This document shows, piece by piece, positions 37,052 through 52,168 of a stretch of DNA of 64,000 nucleotides. The stretch is from contig OX597820.1 in assembly GCA_951406725.2 (NCBI GenBank), positions 101,494,001-101,558,000 of the forward strand, read 5' to 3'. The notes under the pieces are model-generated. The model was not told where the DNA came from and did no database searches. It was given only the letters and a program-made list of their open reading frames with translations. Made by a program: the position numbers and the translations under genes. Source of the DNA: Octopus vulgaris. Lineage: Eukaryota. The first letter of the stretch is position 1, and the number at the start of each line of letters is the position of its first letter.

Positions 37052-39965
37052 GTTTTATTATTATTATTATTATCATTATTATCATTATATTAAGACAGTG
37101 TGCTCGCAGAATCGTTAGACCGTCGGAAAAAAATATTGAGCGGTATTTCTTCGGGCTCTTTACTTTCTGAGTTCAAATACAGCTGAGGTCAGCGCTCCCT
37201 TTCATTCATTCAGGGTCGATAATTATTAGCATTGTGCCAAAATTAGAAAAAAAGAAAAAGAAAAATAGTAATTTCCTTAGGGCGGCGAACCTTAAGAAAA
37301 ATAATAAGTTAAGTTCAAATTCTGCCAAGAGCAAGAAACAATAATAGCAACGTTATTGATTTTTTTTTATAAAAAAAAAAATTACCCTCTACACTAAAAT
37401 GGCACTCCGTCGGTTACGACGACGAGAGGTCCAGTTGATCCGATCAACGGAACAGCCTGCTCGTGAAATTAAAGTGCATGTGGCTGATTACTCCACAGAC
37501 ACGTATACACTTAACATAGTTCTCAAGGAGATTCAGCGTGAAACAGAATGTAACAAGGCTGACCTTTTGAAATATAGGTACTACTCATTTTTGCTAGCTG
37601 AGTGAAATGGGACAACGTGAAATAAAGTGCCTTGCTGAAGGACACAACGCGTCGCCGGGAATCGAATTCACGACCTTACGTTCGTGAGCCAAATATCCTA
37701 GCCACATGCCTTCGCCCTCTACACTAAACACAGTATCCATATCAAAGTGAATCAGTAGACTCTAAAGGAGAAAGTGATGGTCTGTATCGGTAAACAGTAA
37801 ACAGAAAAAATAAATAAGAACTAAGCAGAATAGAAATTAGAGTTTTCTTCTTAACGGCATAATAACTTATTTCAGCTTGCTCATTTTTTATAATCCATAT
37901 ATATACGGATGAAAACTCGAGAGATAAAATATCAATCATAACTGATGCAAGCTACATTATCGGTAGTAATTATTCTATTAAGGCTGTAAACATCGTGTTA
38001 TCGTATTTCCATCTATTGAAATACAATTTATTGTTTTTGTATTTATAGCGAGGATTTCATTGTATCCCAAGTTGCCATAACGAGCATAAAACACGCGAGG
38101 ATATGACAGTAAAGACAGCAGAAATACAAAATATCAATACTAGTATATAGTAACATATGTAGAATAACAATACCTTATAAAACAAACAGCATAACATAAC
38201 ACTGCAAACACTGTAATATTGATATTATAATAATATCACGGTACACGCACAGTACAATATTGTAACACAGTACAATAATGTATAACAATGAAACATATCG
38301 CCTTACATTCGGGTTGTATAAAAGCATTGAACAACTGTTCTGTGGGAAGTATATATTCTTGAAGAATTTAATAACCCGGGTTCGAACACAGATTTAACAT
38401 GTCCCAAGCAATGCAAAATAAATAGCCTGTTTGAACGGGTAGACGATGTTGTATGCTCTCCTCTCATAAGATCCCGGGTAGATCTCCTTCATGCTCAGAG
38501 GCGTAGTGTCAATGTACCACAGATTCAAAGCATTCTCACGATTTTCACTGTCTGGTAAGAGTAGTTTGCCAAGTTGGTGGTTATTAAACCACCGACTTAG
38601 AATACGCAGTATGTATCCATGTCACCGGCCTGTGTACTAAGCATGTTCCTTAAGTCTCAAATCTAAATAAATACTATGAGGTGGTACAATTGAATACTGT
38701 GTGCTGCAAGTGTACTGTATAAATTTCTGGCTCACCGTACTGGATTCGAATCAGAGCTGAGTTGTTTACGATACACATGAAATGGTATCTCTTTGACCCA
38801 ACAGGTATCATTCCCTTTCTACACATATACATGTACGTACGTACATACACAAAAGGCATCACTCTGTAGGACCTCGTTTGGCCCTTACTGCCTGAGATTC
38901 GAAACCGAATCTAGAAATCCTCCCTAGCCATACGACCTATTGTCCTGACAGAAGGGAACGCTGATTAATGCGTTTTCTGTTTCACCCAGAAAGTTTAGGT
39001 AAACAAAGCGCGACCTATATTAATTTAGCCATTGTTATAACGGTATATCTATTTTCCTAGCTAGTCTGCAGAATTATAATTACTAGCATTTTGTAACGAA
39101 AAAGCAGTGTATGAGAGCGACCGACAAAGAGCAGGCCGACCGGCTCGAAATACCTATTTCTTTATTACCCACAAGGGGCTAAACATAGAGGGGACAAACA
39201 AGGACAGACAAACGGATCAAGTCGATTGCATCGACCCCAGTGCGTAACTGGTACTTAATTTATCGACCCCGAAAGGATGAAAGGCAAAGTCGACCTCGGC
39301 AGAATTTGAACTCAGAACGTAGCGGCAGACGAAATACGGCTACGCATTTCGCCCGGCGTGCTAACGTTTCTGCCAGCTCGAAATACCGTCTCGACAGAAC
39401 GTGATAGAAGGACCGTTATAGAAACCACCAGCGATACAGTTGTCTTGTCCACCCCTCTCTTACTTTCTCACTCACTTTTGTTTCAACAACATCACTTGAT
39501 CTATTTAGATACTGCTGCTAGAACGACAGGGAATATGGGAAAATGTAAGTCCAAAGCTATCTACCCTTTTACAAGAAAATATAACTCTCGTTACCTCGTA
39601 TGTTTTCCGACTGTTTTTATACACATCTGCCCGTTGTGGTTTGGCTTTTATTATATGTAATGGTGAAATAAATATGTTTTCTACAACTTCGGCCACTGTC
39701 TTTCTTTCTTGGATTCAGCATCAACATCATCATCTTCGCCTTTCAACACAGAACGCATCCGTTACAACTCTCTCTCATTGAAAAATTCGTTATATTTCAT
39801 AAAAAAAATAAAGTTCAAGTGACGTGCTAGCAAAATCATTAGCACGCCGGGCAAAATACCTAGCAGCATTCTGCTTGTCATTACGTTGTGGGTTCAAATG
39901 TAGTCGAAGTCAGCTTTGTCTTTCATCCTTTCAGGGTCACTAAAATAAGTACCAGTAGAGCACTA

Positions 39966-40267
39966 GGAGCCTTACCCTTTGAACGGTAGATTGAGAAATT
40001 AATTTTTAGTAACTAAACACCACCGGAAGTTGTAGTTGACAAAACAACAGCAGTAATTTTATTCAGCTGAATACACGTCATTGATTGGTTGAAATTACCG
40101 AAATACGACAGATTTAACACGAAATAACTTTGAACATATAAACTTTTCTCAACAACACTAAGATTGAAAGATGTTTTATATGACACATTCTACCAGTGTC
40201 CGAAGTTTGAAAGTGTTTAGTTATAAAAAATTAATTTCTCGATCTGCCGTTCAAAGGGTAAAGATCC
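39966..40267. mobile_element. Related MITE inserted into a SINE
   Basis: TIR ggagccttaccctttgaacgg / ccgttcaaagggtaaagatcc. Near-TSD gagcact(a/g). The host SINE sequence resumes after 40268. Confidence 0.75.
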
Positions 40268-41759
40268 GAGCACTGTGGTCGATGAAATCGACTAACGCAG
40301 TTTCAGGCATTGTGCCTATAGTAGAAAGGATATTTCATAAAATGTCATCCATATGCTACATAAGGTCGTACAGTGAGGGCGCGTGGCTTAGTGGTTAGGC
40401 ATTCGGCTCATGATCGTAAGGTTGTGAGTTCGATTCCCAGCGACGCGTTGTGTCCCTGAGCAAGACACTTTATTTCACGTTGCTCCAGTCCACTCAGCTG
40501 GCAAAAATGAGTTGTACTTGTATTTCAAAGGGTCAGCCTTGTCACTCTCTGTGTCACGCTGATTTTCCCCGAGAACTACGTTAAGGGTACACGTGTCTGT
40601 GGAATGCTCAGCCATTTGCACGTTAATTTCACGAGCAAGCTGTTCCGTTGATCGTATCAGCTGGGACCCTCGTCGTCGTAACCGGCGGAGTCTTTAAAAA
40701 GGTCGTACAAATGAACACTCTTTAAATATTGACTCGATGTAAATTTTGTCTTCTTTTCGTCTCTTGTATGCTTATATAACAGGCCCTGATCTTTTCAGCT
40801 TAGTAATTCTACTTACATCCATGCATAGGCTCCTCTCTCACTTTTTCGTTGTCTTTGTGTCTATTAGACTCTCTCTTTCCCTCTGTTAGTTTTTAGCTTG
40901 TATTCAAAATCTATTTAGCACCTTATGTACAAAGGTGTGTTGAAAAGTTCCTGACTTTGCGTTAAGGAAAATATAGGAGAATTTGTTAATTATGATTTTA
41001 TTCAACATATTCCCCTCTCAAAATGACACACTTTTTGCAGTGGTCCCTCAGCTTTTCTAAGCCCTGTAAAAGAACACGGAAGATTGGGTCTGCAACCAGG
41101 GCTTTCGCAATACCCTTAAAGCCAGAAAGCTTTCAGTATTCCCTCGTAGAATAAACACGAGAAGCATAAGAAACTATGATTAATCTTTGAGTAAAAACTA
41201 ACTCACCTGACTGGCTGTATGTATACTGGTAAGGAAATAACACCATGTAGGTGAACAAGATGTTAAGTGTGGCATATCTATAAAAGAACAAAAAATTTGA
41301 TATAAGAAAATAATTAAAAATGAGTCAGATCTGTTGTTTCTAAATGTTACTATGGTTTTGATATACACATAGTCTATTTAGCATTTAAATGATATATACG
41401 AAATTAAATTTTTTTCATTTCGTTACCATTTTCTTTTGATATGTTATTAATAAGCGTAGAAGTGACTGTGTGGTAAGGAGCTTGCTTCCAAACTATATGG
41501 TTCTGGGTTCAGTCCCACTACGTGGAACCTTGGGCTAGTGCAGTGGTTCCAAACCCTTTTATTTAAATGAATTTTCCCACAGACCACTTTTAATATGCTT
41601 ATCCTTATGTGTGTATGTCTGTATGTATGTGTGTATGTATATATATTAAATTTTGAATTTAGTTCACGGACCCCTAGCACTACCTGGGCTAGTGTCTTCT
41701 ACTATAACCTCGAGCCGATCTAAGCCTTGCGACTGGATTTCGAAGACAAAGACCTCAGA

Positions 41760-42870
41760 CAAATTATACTTTCCTTAAAATGTGCGCTGTGCCCAATAAG
41801 GCTGCATTTTGCAGGGCATCAGTCTTACATGGGATTTCCAGTTGCCTTAAGAAGTCTTGAAGTTTCAATGGGATTGAGCCCAACGCTCCGATCACCACTG
41901 GTTTCACTTTTACATTACTCTCTCGCATTCCATAGTCTTGCCATGTCCAGTTTCAATCCGGAATACTTGATTTTTTCAACCTCTTTACTCACAGCAGTCA
42001 TGTAATTTGGTATGGCTACATCAATGATTTCAACACCATCTTCACCCCTTTTTGATACGCTTCGCTGACCTTAACTTTCATTTCTCTGTGTAGAGTGTCT
42101 GTCAGCTACAAAATCCCTAAATATCAATACCCACTATTGTCGGGTTTGCCCATGGTCTCTCCTGGTGGTAACCGCAATCCTCTGCAGGATGCTTTCTTCC
42201 TTCTTTTCATATTAAGTACTGAGCATTTGGTAATCCCCAATTCCATTCCGATGCCTCTATCACATTTCTGGACTGTTTTGTTTAAGGAATCTATCTGCTT
42301 TTCAGATTTCCCAAACAATTTCAGGTCACCCATAAATAGGATGGTTCAATGACGGGCCCTTCTTCCCACATCGGTAACCCATCTTAACTTTCTTAAATGT
42401 GATTGTTATGGGTATTAGTACAATTACAAATAGCAAGGGAAGAAACGTGTCACATTGGAAGATTCTCCTTTTAATATTAACTTCTCCAAGGAATACATTA
42501 CTTGAGTACAATTTGGTTTTCTGCTCTATCATGCTATGCATCAGAAAATTTGTGATCTTTTCAGCAACACCAAACATCTGTAGGCATTCAACGATCCAAG
42601 AATGAGGCATCATATCATATGCCTTCTTAAAGTTAATCCAAGCCATAGATATGTTTGTATGATGTTCTTTACAATGCCTCAAAACTGTTTTATAGATGAC
42701 CAGGTGATCCTTGGTACCCTGAGAACTCTTCCCTTGGTAGTATTGCCTCCTGTACCAGGAAAGTGTATGTCTTTGCCGCACATATCCCAGTGAATATCTT
42801 CCAGATTATGTTTAGGCATGCTATGGGACAGTAGTTTCCCACAATATTCCCCTTACTTCTATCGTTCATT
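41760..42870 (-). pseudogene. R4/Dong-like LINE RT and RLE fragments
   Basis: GTKDHL...MAWINFKKAYDMMPHSWI...IKRRIFQCDTFLPLLF...DLKLFGK, followed by IIDVAIP...VVIGALG. Confidence 0.85.
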
Positions 42871-42963
42871 ATAAGTTTGAGTTCAGAACTTAAAGACGTA
42901 CAAAATGCTGCTAAACGTTTAGTCTATCATGTTAACGATTCTGCCAGTTCACCACCTTAACAA

Positions 42964-43018
<55 letters not shown>

Positions 43019-43024
43019 GTTATT

Positions 43025-43601
43025 AAGTGAGAGAGCAGTGCATGCCATCAAAGTGGCACTGGGGCAAAATATACGGAGCCCAGCATACCCATCATGACTA
43101 CCCATTTGATAAGGGTACACCAAGCACATGTATCACAACCATATGTGCGCGACATGGTGATCGCATATCAAGGTAAACAGCGCATGACCTTGAAGGTAGG
43201 GTCTAGTTAGAATTTTCTTCAAGTCAAGTAGCCCATCCTGCTCAAAGGGTCTCTGTATAAGGGTTACCTAAGGATGTTGACGAAACACCCATGTTTCCAG
43301 AGGTGAATTATTCAAACTCCAAAGAATTCCTCTCAACAAATGGCTATGATGTTCACCCACTTCTTCTGCTCGTGATCAGAGATCCACATATCATCAGCCA
43401 CCAAGGGACATGCTGAACTGGTTAAGGTCAAGCAACTGACAAGCAAATCTGTGGTATTGAGCAAAATATTTGCTGTAGCTCATCTTTTATACAAAAAAAA
43501 ATAATAACATGATAACACTTGATAACACTTGTACCTGATAACACTTCCTATCAATTAAGATCAGAAGCCATGAGAGCCACTGCCTGGTACTGCATCAGAG
43601 C
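43025..43601. mobile_element. Second copy of the (TAA)n-embedded element
   Basis: Colinear with 36498-37051 (catgccatcaaagtg...gcctggtactgcatcag). Confidence 0.75.
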
Positions 43602-43882
43602 ATTTATAATAATACTACTACTAATAATAATAATGATAATAATTATAATTATTATTATTATTATTATTTTTATTATGGCGAGCAGGCAGAATTGTTAGCA
43701 TGCTGGGAATAATACTGAGAAGTATTTCGTTCGACTTTACGTTCTGAGTTCAAATTCCATCAAGGTCGACTTTGTCTTTCTTCTCTTAGAGGTGAATGAA
43801 ATAAGTACCAGTTGAACACTGGGATCGATGTAATCGATTCATCTCCTCCCCCAAAATTGCTGACCTTGTACCAAAATTTGAA

Positions 43883-43952
<70 letters not shown>

Positions 43953-45520
43953 GATATATCGTTATTAGTTCAACTATAATGTCGAGAGGATGTAACCTAT
44001 TTGTTATATGGTTGTCTAGGATAACATTTATTTACTGATAAGAGAATTATCAATATGATAAGGTAACATGTTTCCAGAAAGATAAGTGTTTAGTTAGATC
44101 ATAACAGTGACATCTTTATAATGATTCAAACTGCTTGAGCAAGCATTACAATGTAAACACAATATGTACTTTAGAATATTATGGCTATCCTTCGGATACG
44201 GTTTTCTAAAACAGAAATTTTCGAGAGATTAAATAACGCTAGAATAATCTAAAATTCAATAAACTGATTTCCTGCAATGGTTCAAGATAAATTTTTGTAG
44301 AAGCGGGGACTAATCAGTTAGATATATATCATTATTATAACTGTAATATATCATATCGACCCGAAGTGATACAAGATAAAGTGCATTGCAGAGGTATTTA
44401 AGCTCAAGGCAAAGATTGTGAATGCGTGTAGTTCGACGATCTACTGTCCTATTAATTTCTACATGTAAAGTCGATATATTGATTCATTATTTGCTTCTAA
44501 GAAGCTGCAGTGTAATGAAAACGGTAGAGTACTAAAATCATTTCAATATTTAGTTGCAACCCTTTTCGTTCGGAACACTAATCCTGCTGGGAACTGACAT
44601 TGCCTTTCATCTTCTGATCTTATATATGTTCTGATATAGGTTTGTCTTCATTAAATCCCTCGAACTTAATTATTGAAAGAGCTGTTGTTGCAGAAACTGA
44701 ATCCTGGACAGGCTTCTCCAAATCTACAGAATAGATAGAACTCAACCCTGCAAGTTGAACCATTTGTGAATTTAACATAGCTATCGCTACTTGTTGCATC
44801 GAGTTGTTAACAGTTTGATCATCTCTGTACAATTTAAGCGGGACTTTAACCAATATAGAGTTATGCGTCTCGGTCATAAACAAGATACAATTCTACGGGA
44901 AGAAGATACGAACAGCCGACCTCCTAGCAATTTGTCCTTTAACCTCTGCAGGGATTAAACTTGTGGAAGCAAGCAGTCTGTTCAATATTTATGTTTCTCA
45001 AATTCTTTACCAATGGCAACTAAAATTATCAATGCACTCGGGCCTCTTGGTTCGGAATAAAACGTACATGGTTACTTTAGGATTATGTTACACTTATAGG
45101 GTCAACAGGGAGGATACATTATTCCGGATACAGAAACGCAATGTCGCAAAGAGTCTGATCTCTCAAAGGTATTTTGTATGCATTACTATATATAAAAAAA
45201 GATGCTTTGTCGACTAGAATAGTATATGTTGACCGTTGGAGTTTATATGAGATGGAATACAGCAGCAAATTGGCAAAATCGTTAGATTCACGCACAGAAT
45301 ACTTTGTGGCTAAACACAGAGAAGACAAACAAGGACAGACAAACGGATTAAGTCCATTACATCGACCCCAGTGCGAAACTGGTACTTAATTTATCGACCC
45401 CGAAAGGATGAAAGGTAAAGTAAACCTCGGCGGAATTTGAACTCAGAACGTAATGGCAAACGAAATACCGCTAAGCATTTCGCCCGGCGTGCTGACGTTT
45501 CTGCCAGCTCGCCGTTTTTT

Positions 45521-46217
45521 TACTACACATGAATACCTCACGTTATGGAGGACTCTTAAAGTAAAAACTGCCGTAATAAATACAGTGTACCGAACGTGAG
45601 GAAATGCAAATCTTGAACCGAACTCTTAAAAACAGATTCACCCACAAATCATATATGATTTCATAGTTAGTGTACAAAATACACTTTCACGCTGACTAGT
45701 TGATAAATCCTTATAAAGATTTTATCCTATTTTAAAATTTTAAATTCAACTAGAATATATTCAGTGCTGAATTATTCTGAATATACACGTGTACCGAGAT
45801 GCAATTCGAAAAGCCCGCTTCTTACATATATATATATAAGTGTAAACAATTCTATGTACTATGCTGGATACATTTGGTGTTCATCTGGTATGTTGACTTT
45901 TTCGTTCATTTTATGTGTCTTGTTTATGCCTGCACTGACGATTAGAAAGTGTATTTTATACACTAACTATGAAATCATATATGATTTGCGGGTGAATCTG
46001 TTTTTAAGGGTTCAGTTCAAGATTTGCTCTCCCTCGCGTTCGGTACACTGTATTCATTATGGTAGTATTGACTTTTAGAGTCTCTCACAGTGTGAGGCAT
46101 TTATGTGTAGTAATGCCCTTAATACATATAAATATATTTAAAGGGGATAATTATGAATTTTCCCTTATGAGGTTTTTCATGCTGATTACTTGATAAATTC
46201 TTATAAAGATTTTATCC

Positions 46218-46220
<3 letters not shown>
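45521..46220. repeat. Element with inverted arms and a ~490-nt direct repeat
   Basis: 45521-45688 is inverted to 45945-46112. ttgataaat(c/t)cttataaagattttatcctat occurs at about 45700 and 46190. Confidence 0.6.
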
Positions 46221-46309
<89 letters not shown>

Positions 46310-46653
46310 CATATATATATATGTATGTATATATGTATGGCTCAGTGGTTAGAGCGTCGATCATGAAGCTTTGCGATAGATTCCCGGACCGGGCTGCGTG
46401 TTGTGTTCTTGAGCAAGACACTTTATTTCACGTTGCTCCAGTTAACTCAGCTATGGAAATAAGTTGCGACATCACTGGTGCCAAGCTGCATCAACCTTTC
46501 CCTTGGATAGCATCAGTGGTGTGGAGATGGGAAGCTGGTATGCATGGGTGACTGCTGGCCTTCTATAAGCAACATTGCCTGGACTTGTGCCTCGGAGGGT
46601 AACTTTCCAGGTGCGACCCCATAGTCATTCATGACTGAAGAGGCTCTCAGCAT

Positions 46654-46706
<53 letters not shown>

Positions 46707-48649
46707 CATACACACACACGCATAAATACATGTGCGTGTGTGTGTATACACACACATACATATATCAAATATCTATGTAAAACAGTTTAACATTAAAATG
46801 AAGAATCGCTTAATATTTTTTAGTAGAGGTCGCATAATTAATATATAGTATAATATAATATAATATTATATATATATATATATTTATATATACACACACA
46901 CACAACAGGATTCTTTCAATTTCCGTCAACCAAATCCGCTCATAAGCTTTGGTCGACCCGCGGCTATAGTAGAAGACACTTACCCAAGGTGCCATATAGT
47001 GGGACTGAACCTGGAACCATTGTGGCTGTGAAGCAAGCATCTTAACACACATCCACGCTTGCGCCTATACATACATACATACATACATACATACATACAT
47101 ACATACATACATACATACATACATACGTACGTACGTACGTACGTATGTATGTATGTATATGTATTTGTCTGTGTGTGTGTATGTATATATATATATGTGT
47201 GTGTGTGTGTATACACTATTTTTATTTATTTAATTATTTTTATCTGCTTCAACGACACAACAAATAATTTTTGTGTGTCATCCTGCGGCCAAGCCCGTTA
47301 TTTGCACATGTTCATCATTATCATCACTCTCTATCTCACCCATCAAATCTTAAGCTTAATGCTTTATTCGATTCCTTCCAACCCAGCATTATACCCATAT
47401 GGAATTCTCTCTTCGTGCACATCTTACAACAAATTTCAATCCAGAAGACAGAGACTTTTGTCAATCTTGTAGATTAATACCTGATTCAAACATCAACTGT
47501 ATTGATCTTAAAAAAGGACCTTCTTGCATGACCTTTTCTGGTTTAAATATTTAATTTTTAGAACAAAATAACTTAGTCACGAAACTGAATATAAGCTTAA
47601 AAGCAAGTAAAAATCAATTAAGTGTACTATCTATATCTATATATTTAATATTTCACGTACACGAACAGAGCAATCAGTGAAACAAGAAAAACATTTATTC
47701 TAATACATAGGATCGACAGATAGAAGTAGTAAGATTATGGCGAATAGATACCGTAGTGACACTCATAGTGATGAGAACTTTGGTAGTAATAAAAATGGAA
47801 TTGGACTAAAAATGTGCAACTTACCAGGGTAAATTTCAGCACCTAGGTTTGCCTAGGAAATGTTTTGTCTGGATAATATCTAGATCTTTAGGAAAGTTGT
47901 TACTAGCGGGAATATATGTGAACTAAATTGAGCGGATACATTAAATAAATGATAGATAAATTAAAATAAATGATACACCTTTATAAAATAGCATAACCAC
48001 TCTGAACAAACTTGGAGTCTTTTTGTGGTCTTCCTATGTGCTAGAATTAGCAGTAACTAAATACTCGTCAGACTGCAGACTCCCATCCTTAAAAGAGAAG
48101 GCTACACTGGACAGTGTAGTGCGGGATAGATTAAGCATAAAAAAAGACCCCCCCCCCAAAAAAAAAAGAAAACTCGGAATGATTTGGATCATAGTGTTTG
48201 CCCTAAGGGACTATTGGCAGCTAAATAGTAGCAATGGTGTATTCATGAAATGGCCAACAGAAACATGAACACGCACAAACATATGTACACACAAAAACAC
48301 AAGTATTCACAAAATTACATGCGGAGGAAATATGCATTGTCAACATTCATGAATCGTCGCTAAAACTCTGGAATAACATGGAAAAAAAGTATACATACCG
48401 ACTGGAAAACAAAGAAATCATAATTTCTAGCAGAAGTACAAGGCCTTGTATTTTGAAGGGAGAGTTATAAATCGAGAAACTATCAAGAATTCCACAAAGG
48501 ATTTCGCTCAGTGCGCAACCGATTCTGTCGTTGATTTCTCTAATAATAATTGTTTCTAATTTAGGCACAATCTCAACAATTTTGAGAGCTGGGGTTAGTC
48601 GATACCATTTACTCCACCCCTCTAGTTAGTTAGTAAGTAAATTAGTTAG

Positions 48650-48940
48650 TTATTTCCATTTGTTAGTTTTCTCCATGCCATGAGACACACAAGGCCGCAA
48701 CACGATTTCTCCAACCAGCTGTTTTATGTCACTATTCTGGTCTCATTCCAGCTTCTCCATTTTTCTCTTCTCCTTTCCTTGTCAATGGTCCTTTGCCATG
48801 TGGTTTTAAGGTGCCCTGCTGCTCTATTCTCATCAGACCGCCATTTTAATGCCTCCATACAATCGCTTTCTCGATCTTGTCCGAGGATATGTCCGGTTCG
48901 GTTCCAGTGTCTGCGTCGCATTTCGCCACTGACCCTGTTG
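48650..48940 (-). pseudogene. RTE-clade LINE 3' end fragment
   Basis: RRRHWNRTGHILGQDRESDCMEALKW...GHLKTTWQRT resembles RTE C-termini. A short tandem (TTAG) tail lies beyond it. Confidence 0.7.
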
Positions 48941-49689
48941 ATGCATGTTGTCGTCTCACTTGTGACATTTCGAACTGACTCTTTGCAACTCTATACTAGT
49001 CTAGTACTTTATAATATCGACTCCTGCGAGATAAAAGAAGGCAAAGATAATCTCGATGGGATCCGAATTCAGGACGTAAAGTACTGTAATTAAATACTAT
49101 TGGATATTTCGCTCTAACGAATAATTTCTCTTAGAGATACATGCCTTAAATTTTTCAGGGCAGGAATCGTCGATTTACATTAATCCAGTACCTGACTGGT
49201 ACTCATTTTACTGCTCTCTATTTATCGAACAGCTAGGTTTTACTTAAACATAATGCTTCACAATGCCACTTACAAACACACGTATGTAAATAAGAGTTGA
49301 AAGAAACATTAGTTAATATCACATGCGCGAATAGATTAGCAGACTAAACTATGGAACAACACAAACAATTTCACCAACAGCCAATAAATTCATACGAGCC
49401 ACACTTCTGTTATCTCGATTGATCTGTGCATAGGTATGTGTGTATGTGCGTGCGGATAAACTTGTAGTTTTGTTGTGGGTCTGGATGTCACTTTAGTAGT
49501 ACACAAGTATGCTTGCTTCATTACTGTTCGTGCATGTATGTGAGAATGTGTGTATGTGTATGTATGGGTATGTGTATGTATGGGTATGTGTATGTGTTCC
49601 ATATGTATTATGTGATTGTGTACCAATGTTGAGTACAGGATTGAAGAATTTGTAAAAGATTTTACCATCTCGCACCTCCTCAAATACAG

Positions 49690-49890
49690 GCCATTGTTTT
49701 TGAAAAATGCAAGTCAGTCTTATTTTTCTTCGGGAACCCCAGAATTTCTCGACTTTTATGCAAATCTGTTGTTATATAACCCAGTGTGCCTATGGCAATC
49801 GATACAAATAGAAATCTATTATCTAAATATAAGAGTTGTAAGTTTCTCACTAGTTCTCCATAGATGGTCTCTTTTGGACAAGACATTAAA
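49690..49890 (-). pseudogene. RLE-LINE C-terminal fragment
   Basis: YGELVRNLQLLYLD...IGTLGYIT is homologous to the 27660-28000 fragment. Confidence 0.6.
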
Positions 49891-50265
49891 CTGCCTAAGG
49901 GGGTGAGGCTCCAGCTTGAGGTTCAGGAGTTTTCTTGAGTGTAGTATTACATTTTAGTTACACGATTCTCTGGTCTGATTGGGGTGGGTAGGGGTTGTAG
50001 TATCTACCAGAGCCTTCAGTCACAGGAATCAAACTGGGGTACATAGTCATGTGGCTAAGGCATAAAAATACGAGATGGAGAGTTGGGTTTCTTATGGAAT
50101 TTCACGAATCTTCAGACTTTGGCATAGAGGTCCATGAATGCAGACGCCTGCAGGAATTGAATGTGAAGGGTGAAAGAGAGAGAAAGTGAGAGAGTTCTTT
50201 TCTCCTTTTGAACAGACATTCATATGTATGCATGCATGTGTGCATATATATATATATATTTACAC

Positions 50266-50310
<45 letters not shown>

Positions 50311-50341
50311 CATATATAGATATATATATATATATATATAT

Positions 50342-50446
<105 letters not shown>

Positions 50447-50448
50447 TG

Positions 50449-50485
<37 letters not shown>

Positions 50486-50502
50486 GTATATGTATATATA
50501 TG

Positions 50503-50540
<38 letters not shown>

Positions 50541-51504
50541 TATATACGTACAAATGTAAATAAATTAATAACAGATGGATGTGTCAATTCACTACAGCTG
50601 TTTCTAACGAATTTTTAAATAGTTAATTATTCAAATGTATCCGTGTATGTATGCATGCATGCATGTATGTATGTATGTATGCATGAATGCAGGTATGTAT
50701 GTATATATGTATGCATATATGAAGTCATATCCATAAATATTATTTGCAAGTGGAAAAAGAAAATTTATTGTTTGATTTCAGTTAGGCCTAGGTCAATCAT
50801 ACTTATGATTTAAGACATTCAAACCACGACCATGCCGTCCTTTCATGTACATAGTTTATCTTAGACTGCTCCTTCCAATATGTCCATCCTATATCTCATT
50901 AAAGAAATTTTATTTAAAGGAGATTTGGTCACTATTACTAGCAGGTCGTATAGAGGGACCCTCAATGGATCATGGATCAAAACAACAACAACAACAAATG
51001 AAACAATTCACTAATATTCCAACTTACATGTTCGTCTTCATATTCTCTTCCTTTCTCGCCCTGCTTCCAGACGATCTCTATTTCATTAGGAAAAAAAGAA
51101 ACAAAATCAATTTTTCATCCAGATCCCAAATTTTGTAATGGCCTTCTATTCGTCCTTAAAACACGTGTGATGACGTGATACTCTCATCTGCTCTGTAGTT
51201 TCTCCCATAGTCAGCGACGGTCAAATTTGTCTTCTGTGCAGCGTTCATCTAATAACAAACAACAGACATTGACTAACTTGTGTTATAGGCTGCAGTTAAT
51301 TAAGTCCCCTGGCCTCGTATTGCCATTTCTTTCTTTCCTTCTATTTTTTCCTTCTTTCTTTCTTACTTTCTTTCTATCTTTTTCTTTCCTTCTTTCTTTT
51401 ATGTTGCATTTATGCTCACTCTTTCATAATTAGTATTTCTTTCCCCAACCCACTCTATCCTCAAACTGATTCTCACTTCCTTGTCCCTCTCTCACTCACT
51501 GCAT

Positions 51505-51655
51505 AAATATATGCATATGTATATATATGTAAGTATATATATATATATGTATATATATGAATGTATATATATATATATATGTATATATATATGAATGTAT
51601 ATATATGTATATATATATATGAATGTATATATATGTATATATATATGAATGTATG

Positions 51656-51686
<31 letters not shown>

Positions 51687-52096
51687 GAATGTATGTATAT
51701 ATATATATGTATATATATATGAATGTATGTATATATATATGTATATATATATGAATGTATGTATATATATATATGTATATATATATGAATGTATGTATAT
51801 ATATATATATGTATATATGAATGTATGTATATATATATATGTATATATATATGTATGTATGTATATATGTATATAAGTATGTATGTATATATATATATGT
51901 ATATATGTATGTATGTATATATGTATATATGTATGTATGTATATATATGTAAGTATATATATGTATATATGTATGTATATATATGTAAGTATATATATGT
52001 ATATGTATGTATATATATATGTGTATGCGTATGTATATGTATGTATATATATGTATATGTATGTATGTATACCTATATGTATGTATATATATGTGC

Positions 52097-52152
<56 letters not shown>

Positions 52153-52168
52153 ATGTGTGTGTGTGTAT
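51505..52168. repeat. (TA)n/(TATG)n compound microsatellite (similar tracts at 50220-50545, 53740-54105, 57385-57720, 58275-58383)
   Basis: Directly visible. Confidence 0.95.

Noticed and set aside
39594-39780. Candidate upstream GPCR exon (GAG|gtaacg donor)
   Set aside because: The phase-1 frame needed to join the next exon contains a stop. It could be a 5' UTR exon, but that is unsupported.
44620-44883. 87-aa minus-strand ORF with protein-like composition
   Set aside because: No recognisable motif, and no convincing splice sites link it to the GPCR.
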